Below, in pieces: positions 32,470 through 43,355 of a DNA stretch of 64,000 nucleotides. A program made the translations under genes and the position numbers. How positions within the stretch are numbered: position 1 is the stretch's first letter; every line of letters begins with the position of its first letter. Below the pieces are notes generated by a model. The model was given only the letters and a program-made list of their open reading frames with translations. It ran no database searches and was not told where the DNA came from. The stretch spans positions 64,001-128,000 of the forward strand of contig CAWGXH010000004.1 of assembly GCA_963826525.1 (NCBI GenBank). The letters are read 5' to 3'. Source of the stretch: an uncultured Methanomicrobiaceae archaeon. Lineage in GTDB: Archaea > Halobacteriota > Methanomicrobia > Methanomicrobiales > Methanoculleaceae.

Positions 32470-33948
32470 CTAGAAACGCCGGATCCAATCGATATGTTTC
32501 GCCGGAACATAGCTTCCGACAATCCCCATGATCTCTCTGCGCACCAGGGTATCCGTGAAGAAGATAATGAGGTAATAGGCGACCGTAGTCACTCCTGCAA
32601 CCCCGATCAGCAGCAGGAACGGGAGATCCAGAAAGACCCCGAACGCGAGGGGGAGGGAGACGGCGATGCTTATCAGCAGGTGCCGCACCAGGCTGGCAGT
32701 ACTCTCGCGAAATCCTGCCCCGGACTCTTTTATCAGATATGCACTCTTCGAACCCCACATGAGCACCCCGCCGATGGAGAAGAGGGTGAGGGTGACGAGG
32801 GGGTTACCGTAGGCACCTCCGGCCAGGAAGATGAGTGTCCAGGTGCAGAGCGTCATGACCTCGAAAGCAAGGTACGCCCGCTGCCGCTCGAGGACAGCGA
32901 ACAGAGATGATATTGGTGAGATCAGGAAGACGGCAAAGAACCACGGAGCAAGGATCCGTGCATAGGTGCCGGCGATGAGCCAGTCTGCACCGAAGATGAA
33001 GGTGAAGAGATCTTCAGAGAGGATCATAAAGGCTATGAAGGGAAAGATGCCGACGGAGATGAGCCGTGTGTGGATCTCCCGAACGACGCCCTGCACGCCT
33101 CCGGTAAGGTTCTTCTCCTCGCTCGCTTTCTGGAAGAAGACCTGTGAGACGGATGTTCCGACCATCGTCATGGGCATCCGTACGGCTACTACGGCGAGGG
33201 CGTAGTAGCCGACAACAGTGGGATTGAAGAAGAAAGCCAGCATAAAGGCAGGGAGTTCCCAGGAGAGGCTGTTCGCAAGGCTCCCGGCGGATCCGTAGAA
33301 CGAAAAGTTTCTGTACCGGACGGCAAGGTTTCTCATCCGTCGTACGGTAACAGACTTTAAGAGTGGTATATCCTGCTTTAAGTTCCGGAGCATGAAGAGA
33401 TCGGCAAGGCCGAACCCGACCACCGAACCGAGGATGAGCCCGAGCGGGGAGACCAGAGCCAGCCCGCCTCCGACCTGAAACGCCCGTGTCGCGACTGTGC
33501 TCACAACAATTCCCCCGGCAAGGATGCCGTACCTCACTTTCCGGGAGAACCACTCATTCAGGATCAGAAAGAGGCTGTTAAAAACGACGAAGACCGGCAG
33601 TAAGATGAGGTAATTCGCGATCAGAGGTGCATTGAGGAGAACTGCAAGCATGTCTCCAAATCCGGCAAAAAAGGCGCCGGAGATCGTGGAGACGCCCAGT
33701 ATACAGACTACGGACAGCGCAAGGACGTTCATGGAGTCTTCATCCTTCTCCGAGACCATGATGGCGAAATGGTAGGAGAGGGAAGAGACCACCACGATCA
33801 ACGCTGCTATGGAGAGGAAGAGCTGGGCGACCCCGAAGTATTCCGGAGAGTAGAGCCGCGTTATCACCGGCACGAGGAGGATGGAGATGACCTGGGCGAT
33901 CATGGTGCCTGTTGTCAGTTTAAAGAGATTGCTGAGAAAACTCGCCAT
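32470..33948 (-). CDS. Oligosaccharide flippase (Wzx/MOP family)
   Basis: TGTMIAQ...PVITRLYSPEYFG, VVGYYALA, FGADW..AG.YARIL; many TM segments. Confidence 0.9.
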   Translation of the reverse strand: MASFLSNLFKLTTGTMIAQVISILLVPVITRLYSPEYFGVAQLFLSIAALIVVVSSLSYHFAIMVSEKDEDSMNVLALSVVCILGVSTISGAFFAGFGDMLAVLLNAPLIANYLILLPVFVVFNSLFLILNEWFSRKVRYGILAGGIVVSTVATRAFQVGGGLALVSPLGLILGSVVGFGLADLFMLRNLKQDIPLLKSVTVRRMRNLAVRYRNFSFYGSAGSLANSLSWELPAFMLAFFFNPTVVGYYALAVVAVRMPMTMVGTSVSQVFFQKASEEKNLTGGVQGVVREIHTRLISVGIFPFIAFMILSEDLFTFIFGADWLIAGTYARILAPWFFAVFLISPISSLFAVLERQRAYLAFEVMTLCTWTLIFLAGGAYGNPLVTLTLFSIGGVLMWGSKSAYLIKESGAGFRESTASLVRHLLISIAVSLPLAFGVFLDLPFLLLIGVAGVTTVAYYLIIFFTDTLVRREIMGIVGSYVPAKHIDWIRRF

Positions 33949-34243
33949 ACTGCCTCCAGTGCACTACCGATCCCGAAGCGAGGATAATAAGGTTGTGCTC
34001 GATCTCCCGGAGTACCGCGATACAGGGCAGGGCATAACCCCTGAGGCCTCTCCCCATCCGGCCGGCCGGCCCTCATCCCCCGCAACGGGACAGGTGCCTG
34101 ATTCATGGCCGGTCGGCAGGGAGTGGGGCGGTGGGATCGCTCTCCAGCACGTGTTTCTCTCAAAGAACCACCCCAGCCACGGCGCTTTCTGCAAACCGTC
34201 GTGAGAGGGGGGGCGAATACCCCGGTGTTCACCCCTCATGGAG

Positions 34244-35707
34244 TTACTTCCTGCTCATAATAACCACAAGCGAGTTTAAGATCAGTCCGGCAACAATCAG
34301 GAGCATGCCGAGGATCAGCGAGATGCCGAAGGCGACGGTGAAGCCGAAAGGCATTACGCCCGTTCCGGAGAAGATTGTAAAGGCGTACGACCCGAGGAAG
34401 AGGCTGACGAAGAGGAGGATGACGCCCGTAAGACCGAAGAGCAGCATCGGCCTCTTGTATCCAATCTCCCCGAAGATGTTAGCCACGATGTCGTAGCCAT
34501 GGCTGAACGGGTTCTTCTTATGCTTATGCGGCACGTCGTAGATAGCGGTGATGGGTGCCTCGAGGATCCTGATCCCCTTCTCCGCAAGGTGCGAGATCAT
34601 ATCCGATTCGATACTGTAGCCGTCCGACTCCACGGTGAGGCTCTCCATCGCCCTCCGGTTGAGAGCCCGGAAGCCAGACTGGGAATCGGTCGTCTTCTGG
34701 ACCGAGGCGGCGTTGGTGAGAAGGGTGAGGATCGTCTGCCCGAAGCGGCGGTAGACCGGGACGCTGCCGTTGTTCCCATTGAGGAACCGGGATCCGATCA
34801 CGAGATCGGCCTCTCCGGAGAGGATCGGCTTTGCGAGGGATGGGATCTCCTCAGGCTTATGCTGACCGTCGCCATCCAGCAGGATGAGCAGATCGAACGG
34901 GCGTTCGCGGGCGTACCGGAGAGCGGTCTTCACCCCGGCCGCCTTCCCCTGGTTCTTCTCGTGCCGGATTACCGTGGCCCCGGCCTTCTTCGCCACCTGT
35001 GCCGTCTCGTCCTTCGAGCCGTCGTCGATGACGACCACTTCGTCGACGTACCGGTGGGCCTTCAGAACCACGGATCCGATCGAGACCTCTTCGTTGTAGC
35101 AGGGGATTGCAGCAAGCACCTTCGCAGTGCCGACCGAAGAGAGGTATTCGTACAGCCGCTGAAGTGCAGGCCGGGAGAAGACGACGTAGCCCTGGAACGA
35201 GGCCATCTGTTGCAGGTTCCCGCCTACCAACTTGCAGTGCTGGATGTAGTGAACGTACTCCGACGAAGGGTCCCATTCCTCATACGGCGATGCCGTCCCC
35301 CGCACTCTCGCTATCCAGGCATAGTCCGCTGTTCCCAGGGCAACGGGGTTGAAGAGGTGTGAAAAGAGCACCGGGTTCACTCCATGACTCCCGTCCATCA
35401 CGGCAATCACCTCCATTCCCGCCTCAAGCGCTCTCCGGTACGCCGCACACATCGTAGCCGCCGGAGAATCAGCCTCATCACCCGGAACACACTCAACCCG
35501 GCTACTTTCGGATCTCTCTTCACAGAGGCGGACGATTTCCGGGGAGATGTTCCGCCCTGCAATGAAGATGCTATCGACAAAGGATGGGATGGACTCCACG
35601 ACCGGCCGGAGTGCACCCGCTTCTTCAGAAACCGTAACTATCGCCCCAATTCTGCGCCCCGCGTACATAGTCGGATCCCCCAAACCGACAGAGTCACACT
35701 GCACCAT
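34244..35707 (-). CDS. Glycosyltransferase family 2 (polyprenol-phosphate glycosyltransferase-like) with an extra degenerate N-terminal GT2 domain; start at 35707 or 35668
   Basis: IPCYNEE, VIDDGSKD, NQGK, LDGDGQH, GSRF and DSQSGFRA with two C-terminal TMs; N-terminal MYAGRRIGAIV...VMDGSHG. Confidence 0.87.
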   Translation of the reverse strand: MVQCDSVGLGDPTMYAGRRIGAIVTVSEEAGALRPVVESIPSFVDSIFIAGRNISPEIVRLCEERSESSRVECVPGDEADSPAATMCAAYRRALEAGMEVIAVMDGSHGVNPVLFSHLFNPVALGTADYAWIARVRGTASPYEEWDPSSEYVHYIQHCKLVGGNLQQMASFQGYVVFSRPALQRLYEYLSSVGTAKVLAAIPCYNEEVSIGSVVLKAHRYVDEVVVIDDGSKDETAQVAKKAGATVIRHEKNQGKAAGVKTALRYARERPFDLLILLDGDGQHKPEEIPSLAKPILSGEADLVIGSRFLNGNNGSVPVYRRFGQTILTLLTNAASVQKTTDSQSGFRALNRRAMESLTVESDGYSIESDMISHLAEKGIRILEAPITAIYDVPHKHKKNPFSHGYDIVANIFGEIGYKRPMLLFGLTGVILLFVSLFLGSYAFTIFSGTGVMPFGFTVAFGISLILGMLLIVAGLILNSLVVIMSRK

Positions 35708-36146
35708 GCCCCCCCGACCCTCACGCACACACGCTCTCCCGGGAGCATTGACGGTGTACCAGGTGAAGCGACAGAGGACACCCAGATATATATATACTTT
35801 CATGTAGCGCAGGAGTCCGGAGGGGCACCCCAACAATCCCCCAAATAAGCCTTTCAGACATTTTAGAACGGTTACCCCGGCATTCATCACCACAGACCTC
35901 TTCCCCACCCGGACGGCAGATCCGGATTGAGGGATGCAGAGCCTCACCGGGCTAACATGTCTGACGAGCGTTGGATGGCTGGCTATGCCCGGGGATACCG
36001 TCCTGAGCACCGTGGGGCGAAGGGCTACGGGGGAATGAGGAGACGGTGCCGGTAGTCCGGCGACACTCCCGAACGTGTACTCTACCGCGTGATCCGTCCG
36101 TGTTCCCGCAGGTTTAATATGCACGAACTCATGATAGAGTTCACCG

Positions 36147-36407
36147 ATGCAGAAAAAGGATGCTGCAGCGATCACGCTGACGGCCTGGATGCTCGCCGTG
36201 AGCGGTCTTTTTGGGATGCTTCGCATTTCGGATTTAGGACTGTTTACGGCCATCGCGCTCGTGGGGTTCTTCGTCATTGTCTACGTGATCCACCCGGTGT
36301 TTTCAACACCGAGGTACATGCGCAACCTCAATTACATGGCAGTGGCCTCTGTGGTGCTCTTTGGGGTGGCTATTACCCTCCGGATACTGGAGTTGCTCCG
36401 CGGGTAA
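36147..36407 (+). CDS. Small hypothetical membrane protein (3 TM)
   Basis: 86-aa hydrophobic ORF directly upstream of 36452. Confidence 0.62.
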   Translation: MQKKDAAAITLTAWMLAVSGLFGMLRISDLGLFTAIALVGFFVIVYVIHPVFSTPRYMRNLNYMAVASVVLFGVAITLRILELLRG

Positions 36408-36451
36408 GAGGGACTCTCTCCACATCCCGTGGATACTGTTGGGTGAGTGGA

Positions 36452-37237
36452 ATGAAAGTGGATCGATACAAAAACTACAAAATCGGCGCCTACCTCCTCA
36501 TCGGCTTTGCTGCCCTGCTCTTCCTTGCAGCCCTGCTTATCGACCGGTGGGGGTCTCTGCAGCCCCTCCTTCTCATGTTGAGCGCAACCACTTTCGCCGG
36601 AGGAGCATTTCTCTTCGCCCTCGGCGGAGACGACCCCGTACATGCAGCGATCGCCGGTCAGTTCTCATTGCAGGGCATCTCAACCCTGAGCGGAATCATC
36701 CGTGACCGGGGGGGGCGCGGGACGGCGGTATTTCTCCCGCCAAAGAGCGACGGCGGGACGGTTATGCAGTTCATTCCGACCATACGCTCATCCGGGTCGT
36801 ACACAGGAGGTGCGGACGGAACTGCTCTCTGCAACGGGGGCAGCGGGATTCTGATCGCACCCCTGGCGGGCTTCATCCTCGAAGACCTGAAGCGTGACAA
36901 TGATCTTGTCCTCCCCGCCGAGTATGCTCTCCTGGCAGGGGCGGTCAGGGAGGTCTGTGAGGATCTTATCTCGGTCGCCGACCGCGTGGATATACGGAGG
37001 GAAGGCGATCTGATCACGGTTACCCTACAGAACTACCGGTTCCTCTCAGGCTGCGTCGCCCGTCGGGAAGCATCATCAGAGTCCTGCACGCTCTGCCCCT
37101 GCTCGGTCTGCAGCCTGATCATGTGCATGATGGCGGAGGGGCTCGGGTGTGAGGTAAGGTTGAAGCAGGTGGATCTGGATGAGGGGGAGCGGTCGGTTCG
37201 GGTGGAGTTCTCTGTTAAGGGCTGCTCCTCTGACTGA
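36452..37237 (+). CDS. Hypothetical membrane protein with a Cys-rich C-terminal domain
   Basis: Two N-terminal TMs, AVFLPP and C-x10-CTLCPCSVCS; GGTGA SD before ATG. Confidence 0.7.
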   Translation: MKVDRYKNYKIGAYLLIGFAALLFLAALLIDRWGSLQPLLLMLSATTFAGGAFLFALGGDDPVHAAIAGQFSLQGISTLSGIIRDRGGRGTAVFLPPKSDGGTVMQFIPTIRSSGSYTGGADGTALCNGGSGILIAPLAGFILEDLKRDNDLVLPAEYALLAGAVREVCEDLISVADRVDIRREGDLITVTLQNYRFLSGCVARREASSESCTLCPCSVCSLIMCMMAEGLGCEVRLKQVDLDEGERSVRVEFSVKGCSSD

Positions 37238-37411
37238 ACTTCGTAGGCATCCAGAGGATTTTAGCCAGGGAGAGAGAAGATAATTTCTCCTATAATAATG
37301 AAGGCCAAAGCAGGAGAAATGGAAGTATTTGCAGGTGTTCCGCTAGGATTCTCAGAAGGTTCGGTCATCGCGAAACAGGAAGGGAAGAAAGATGTGCGTT
37401 TCGAAATGAGG

Positions 37412-38480
37412 TGCCGTGTTGAATAATTCTGGTCACCCGACCGCAAAAGTGAAGATGACGGTCGCCCCTGCCGGTCTTCCATGGTGAAGAAAGAACGCTG
37501 GGGACGGCCGTCCCCTGACACTCGCGACTGGAGTATATATAATGAGCGGCTGGTTCGGCGGGGTGAGTTCTACCTTTCGCTTGACTTCATCAAGCAGTGG
37601 GACGAGCTCCTTGTCGCAGATGAACGCCGGAAAGCGCGGCCGGCCGTATCTGTATCCCGAACCGTTCATTGCGTGGATGGCCTGCATCCACATCTTCCTC
37701 CTGATGCCCTACCGCCAGATGGAGGGATTTGTCCGGAGCCTCGCGGCGTTCATTCCCCGTCTCACGGCAGCAGACTACACCACCCTCTTTCGCCGGATCA
37801 AACTCCTGGATCTCTCGCTCACGGTAACGCCCGAGCTCCTTGCCGAGGACGTGATCATCGCCGTCGACAGCACCGGGATTACCGTCACGAACCGGGGCGA
37901 GTGGATGCGGGAGAAGTGGAAGGTCAGGCGCGGGTGGATCAAGGTGCATGCGATGATCGACGTCGAGACCAACCAGGTCATCGGTCTGGAGATCACCGAC
38001 GAGTCGGTGCAGGACGACCAAATGTTCGCCCCGCTCCTCGAGCAGGTCACACAGCACTGCGGCGAGGAGCATCCCGATCTACCAGGTGCTTGGAGACGGT
38101 GCATACGATAGAAACAAGATCTTCAATCTCCTCGAGAAACGGGGCATCCATGCCGGGATCAAGACGCGAACCGATGCGGCAACCCACTCCACCGGGTCAC
38201 CCTACCGTGCCGAGTGCGTCAGAGATCGCATCAGAGTTGGTGGATATCGGATATGGTCATGGATAACCAACTACGGGATGCGATGGAAAGTTGAAGGACT
38301 CTTCTCCAGTTTCAAACGGATCTTCGGGGAGGGAGTGCGCGCAACGTCCCGGGAGGGGATGTTCCGCGAGATCCGGATGAAAGTGAACTGCTACAACATG
38401 CTGGTTGCTGCGGTGGCCTGAGCGAAGCCGCCGCAGGAAGACCCGGGAGGGAAACCCTTGGGGGATTGTGCAACACGGCA
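37412..38480 (+). mobile_element. IS5-family (IS903-like) insertion sequence
   Basis: Terminal IRs TGCCGTGTTGAATAAT (37412) and ATTGTGCAACACGGCA (38480); no flanking target duplication. Confidence 0.85.
37481..38421 (+). CDS. IS5-family DDE transposase, frameshifts near 37615 and 38085
   Basis: DWSIYNERLVRRG, AVDSTG, GWIKVH, GDGAYD and YGMRWKVEGLFSSFKRIFG. Confidence 0.88.
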
Positions 38481-39437
38481 GCCAGTAACTATACTCTGGT
38501 CACAAACACCGGCTCGATTCTCCGGCTCCTCCTCATTGCTCTCTTCTTCTCCGCCGAGATCACCTATGTCATCACTGAGCTCCGGAAACGAGACGACCTC
38601 CGGCGATTCGCTCACATCGACCGGATACCCTCAGCCGAAGAGGTCTACCGGTTTATCAGCCGGATCGATGAAGAGCGGTTTATTGCCCTGATCAACGCCC
38701 TTCTGCGCACCCAGTGCAAACAGCCGAAGCGACGAACCGCCAGGACGTTCATCATTGACGGGTCGGCTATCACGCTCGACCTGAACACCTTCAAGAGGAA
38801 GATCCGGAAGAAAGATCTCGACCGCCGGGATTGCAAATGGGGCTACTCCACCACCAACGGCTATTACCTCGGATTCAAACTGACGCTGGCGATCGAGTAT
38901 CCCTCCCTGATTCCGGTGGCGTTCCTCATCCATTCTGGATCCCCGCACGACACCCACCTCTTCCCGGAGATCCTGGACGACCTCAAGCGCCGCAAAGTGC
39001 TCCGATCCGGAGATACCGTCATCTGTGATAAGGGATACTACGCATATGACAACTATGCAACGGCGGTGAAAAAATACAAGGTCGTTCCTCTGGTCTTTCC
39101 CAAAAAAACCTTCGATACCAGGAAAATGCTCAGCAGAATGAACTGTCCGCTCCCGATCTTTTCGCATCATGACCACCGGAAAACCCAGCAGACCTACAAG
39201 GACATTGTCAGAAAACTTCTGAACCTGCTGAAGCGGTGGGGAGAGTTTCCACCGATACTATCCCTGATCAAAGATCTCTTCAAATTGGCCAAAGAAGCCT
39301 TCGCCCTTCGGGCGGTGCACCGCTACTCAAGGGGCTCGGTTATAAAATTCGTCGCACTGAGTGTACTTTTGCTCGGGGCGGTCATTCTTACCGGGATTAA
39401 CCAGAAGAAACAGATTCAGAGCGTCGCGGGGTGGTGA
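38481..39437 (+). pseudogene. 5'-truncated DDE_Tnp_1-type transposase
   Basis: IIDGS, GYYLGFKL, GSPHDT and CDKGYY; third catalytic E replaced (SLIKDLFK); N-terminus cut off at the IS5 right end. Confidence 0.78.
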
Positions 39438-39549
39438 AGCCAGGAGGGGGCTAAGGAGATAAAGGTGCCGACGGGCTGAGGGGTGGGAGACAGGGAACCC
39501 GATCGGGTCACGAGACTATGCCTTAACCGACAACGTATGGACCGATGCC

Positions 39550-40104
39550 ATGAGGACCCTGCGCGAACTGCAGGGGATCTCGGAGAACTTCAGGCATCAG
39601 TGGAGCGAAGCCCTGCGTGCCCTCCTCATCGAGATGAAAACAGCCGTGGATACCGCCAGGCAGAGCAGCGGTGCTCTGCTGCCGGCCATCTGTGCTGTCT
39701 TCGAAGAACGGTATCGCAGGGTTCTCGAGGCCGGCGGGAAGGAAACGGAAACCACTGGCATTCCTGGGGAACAGGGGAAGCGCGGCAGAAAGAAGCAGTC
39801 CAAAGCGAAGAATCTCCTGGACCGCTGTCACAAGCACCAGTGAGAGATCCTGGCATTCATGAGGGATTTCACCATACCCTTCACCAATAATCAGGCCGAA
39901 CGGGATCTCCAGATGATGAAACTGCAGCAGAAGATCTCCGGAACATTCCAGAGCGAAGAAGGCGCTCGGAACTTCTGTAGGGTCAGAGGATTCATAGCAA
40001 CCGTCAAGAAGCACAGCCGCCCGGTATTACCAGAACTGGCGAGGGTAGTCGAGGGGACGCCCTTCGTCCCGACAACGGCTCACCCCCATACCCTGAACAG
40101 TTAC
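39550..40104 (+). mobile_element. IS66-family transposase 3' fragment with right inverted repeat
   Basis: LRELQG, GRKKQSKAKNLL, internal TGA at 39841, PFTNNQAERDL, QKISGTF; ends CCTGAACAGTTAC. Confidence 0.85.
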
Positions 40105-40155
40105 GTTAAGAGGCAACCGACAAGTATATCGCTCAAAAGGAGGGAGGGGGTGGGC

Positions 40156-41891
40156 ATGCCGGGGTTCTGTGGTATTTGTGGGAACTTACCCGATCGGTTC
40201 GATCTGCCCGCTCCCTCAAAAAGTGAACTTTGCTCAACTGCCGAATCCGACATTGCGTTTGAGCGGCATTACGTAAAACAATACGTTATCCCGAAATTTT
40301 TGAACGATAAACTGTTTTTTGACGGTGCCGACATCTTTGTTTGTACAGGACGGAACACTATTAAATGCAAAAGACCTCCGATCGAAGTATGGTGTTCAAA
40401 ACAACAGCACTCTGTTCGAAAGGATGTACGGGCAACAGGGCATCGACTTTGTCTCAGAGATGCGGGGTGACTTTTCGGGTCTGATATACGACAAACCTGA
40501 AGATAAAATCTATGTGTTTACGAACCACATCGGCTCAAAAACAATCTACTATTTTTTGAACGAAGACGAGGCAATGGCCTACGGGTCCGATCTCCAGGTC
40601 GTTTTAAACATAATGCGCACATGTCAGTACCAGACCGAACTTTCGGAACTCAGCGCGTATCTACTTCTGACTTTTGGTTATATGCTGAAAGACAACACAC
40701 TTTGCAGTACTGTCAGAAAGTTGCCTCCGGGATCGATACTCTGCTTTGATCTGGCAAATTGCCGCGCTTCAGTGGAGACGTACTATCTGTTAGAAAATAC
40801 TCCGTATATTACGGATACGAAGGAAAATATCCTCAAAGAGATGGATAGACGGTTTGAAGAAGCGATACGAAAAGAATACGATAAAGACATTGAATATGGG
40901 TATCACCACGTTGCCACGCTCAGTGGCGGGCTCGATTCCCGGATGAACGTCACGAAAGGCAAGACCCTCGGGTACGATGAAATTCTTGCGGTTACTTTTT
41001 CGCAAAGCGATTATCTTGACGAACGCATCGCAAAGCACATCGCCGCTGACTTCGGCTTTGACTATTTGTTCTTTGCGTTGGACAATGGAAACTACCTTAG
41101 AGATATTGATAGTCCCATCATAGCAAATGACGGTCAGGTGCTTTTTTCGGGCGCCGCTCACCTGCTTGCAATGCTGAAGTTACTGGATTGGAACTCGTTG
41201 GGGCTGCTCCATACAGGGCAGATAGGGGATCTGGTGTTGGGCTCGTATCTGCTTGATAAAAGACATTCTCTGGTATCGGACGAGATAATCAGCATGACGG
41301 CACACTCGACGAAGTTAATTCATCGGATTCCGGTCCCTGTTTTGGATGAGCTGATCCAGGCCTATAAAACGGATGAGATGTTTGCCTTCTACGAGAGATG
41401 TGTCAATGGCGTATTCAATGGTTATCAAGTGGTGCAGAACTATTCCGAATTTGCATCACCCTTCCTATATGTAGAGTTCCTTGATTATGTGATGAAGATT
41501 GATCCGGCATACAGGTTCGATAATGCCCTGTATAATGAGTGGATAGAAAAGTATGTCCCCACAGCCTCAAAGTATCCCTGGGAAAAGACCGGGGTACAGG
41601 ATAAATGCGGGATACGGCACGAAAATCCTGTCCGTGGTGACGAAAAAAATCAGAAGAGACATCCTTGGGGACAGATCTCAGATCTCAATGAATCCTTTTG
41701 AATACTGGTATAAGACCAATCCTCGGCTGAAAGAGGCATTTGAGGCCTACCTCAGGACGTTTATACATCTTCTCGATGGGCATCCACAACTTCAGGAAGA
41801 CACGATGTTCCTGTTCGAAAACGGGGGCATGAGTGAGAAGACTCAGGCATTGTCATTGCTTGCAGCAATTAAATTACTGCATCTGAAATAA
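40156..41891 (+). CDS. Asparagine-synthetase-like ATP-dependent amide ligase, frameshifts near 40350 and 41600
   Basis: Starts MPGFCGICG; RGDFSG, TLSGGLDSR (PP-loop), HTGQIGD and ASPFLYVEFLDY. Confidence 0.82.
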
Positions 41892-42037
41892 TCCTCAAGC
41901 GGTTACAGACCGGTCACATCTCGAAGGGGATATCGTCTCCTTGAGGAGATCGTCCGGCGGGAGAGGTGGAGCGAAGGGAGTGGCGGATGAATGTGCAGCA
42001 TCTGAAAGAGCAATGATTTCCTGTCGGACGGCCTTAT

Positions 42038-43355
42038 ATGAGGAGTATTGAATCGCACGTGAGATCCTTCGTAAGGACATCCGATATTCTCGATTTTGTG
42101 ATGTCTATTAAAGAGAAAGGGTTTTTCCATATCTTTTTCGCAGATATCGTCAACAAATTCGTCAGTTTCTTTACGGTTTTTGCGCTCGTGAGGATATTAT
42201 CCAAACAGACCTATGGTGAATGGTCATATGCGCTGAATATCGTAAGTATTATTTTACTCTTCCAAGGTATGGGATCGGTTTCTGCTCTCCTGCAGTATTG
42301 CAGCGAAGCTCAGAACACCTCTCAACTATATTCCTATTATAAATTCGGTGTTAGAATCGGCTTAATCTCAAACACAGGTACTGGCAGCGGTCACGATGTA
42401 TATCGCCTTGTTTATCCCGTTGCCTGTTGCAGGCAGTAACAGGATACTCCTTTATCTCTCGTTTTTGCCTCTCATCACGATACTCTTTGATTCGAACCAG
42501 GTGTACTTACGTTCTACGTTCCAGAACAGATCGTTTTCATTCCTCAATGTACTAAATACCGTCTTATTCTTTTTCGGATCGATAGTCGGTGGTTTGATCC
42601 TGAATGTCGTTGGGGTTATACTGGGGCGTTATTTTGCGTACAGTGTGTGTATAGGGGTGGCGTTGCGATCCATTAAACATGAGATCGGAGATATAGTAAA
42701 AGCCAAAGAACTGAAATCCTCTGAGAAAAAGGCCTTTCTGGGATTCGCGGTCACGGCCATGCTTACCGAGAGCATCTCTTCGATGCTGTATTTGATCGAC
42801 ATTCAACTCGTAGGCCTTATTTTAAAAGATGCGTCCATTGTAGCCTCATATCAAACGGCGACTGTCATCCCCTATGCCCTCAATTTTGTACCCCTGGCTA
42901 TTATGACCTTCAGTTATCCGTACTTCGTAAAAAACAGGCATGATGTGACTTGGATACTCTCTCAATACCGCTTTTTATTAAAATATCTGATCCCTCTGAA
43001 TTTAGGGATTTCAGCGACTCTGTTTACCCTGGCACCTATACTCATACCAATCCTGTTCGGGAATCAGTACGTTGATTCGATAGTTCCTTTCAGGATCCTG
43101 TCACTTGGCTATTTTATAGCCGGGACGTTTCGGATACCAGCCGGCAACATTCTTGCGTCAATAAAATTAATCCGTATCAATCTCATCAATTCAACACTCT
43201 GCGGCACCCTGAATATCCTCTTGGATCTCCTGCTGATACCGATTTACGGTTCTACGGGGGCAGCATTGACTACAATCTCAATATTTGCGGTATCATCGAT
43301 CATCAGTAACTATTACATTGCCAGAGTAGTGAGAAAGCAAATATATATCGAGTAA
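42038..43355 (+). CDS. Second oligosaccharide flippase (Wzx-like), frameshift near 42385
   Basis: RILSKQTYGEWSYA, VASYQTA, LFGNQY, NILLDLLLIPIYGSTGAA. Confidence 0.87.

Noticed and set aside
35708-36277. N-terminal extension of the 677-aa ORF
   Set aside because: No domain signal, crosses a TATA-like AT patch near 35790 and overlaps the divergent gene at 36147; the real start is at 35707 or 35668
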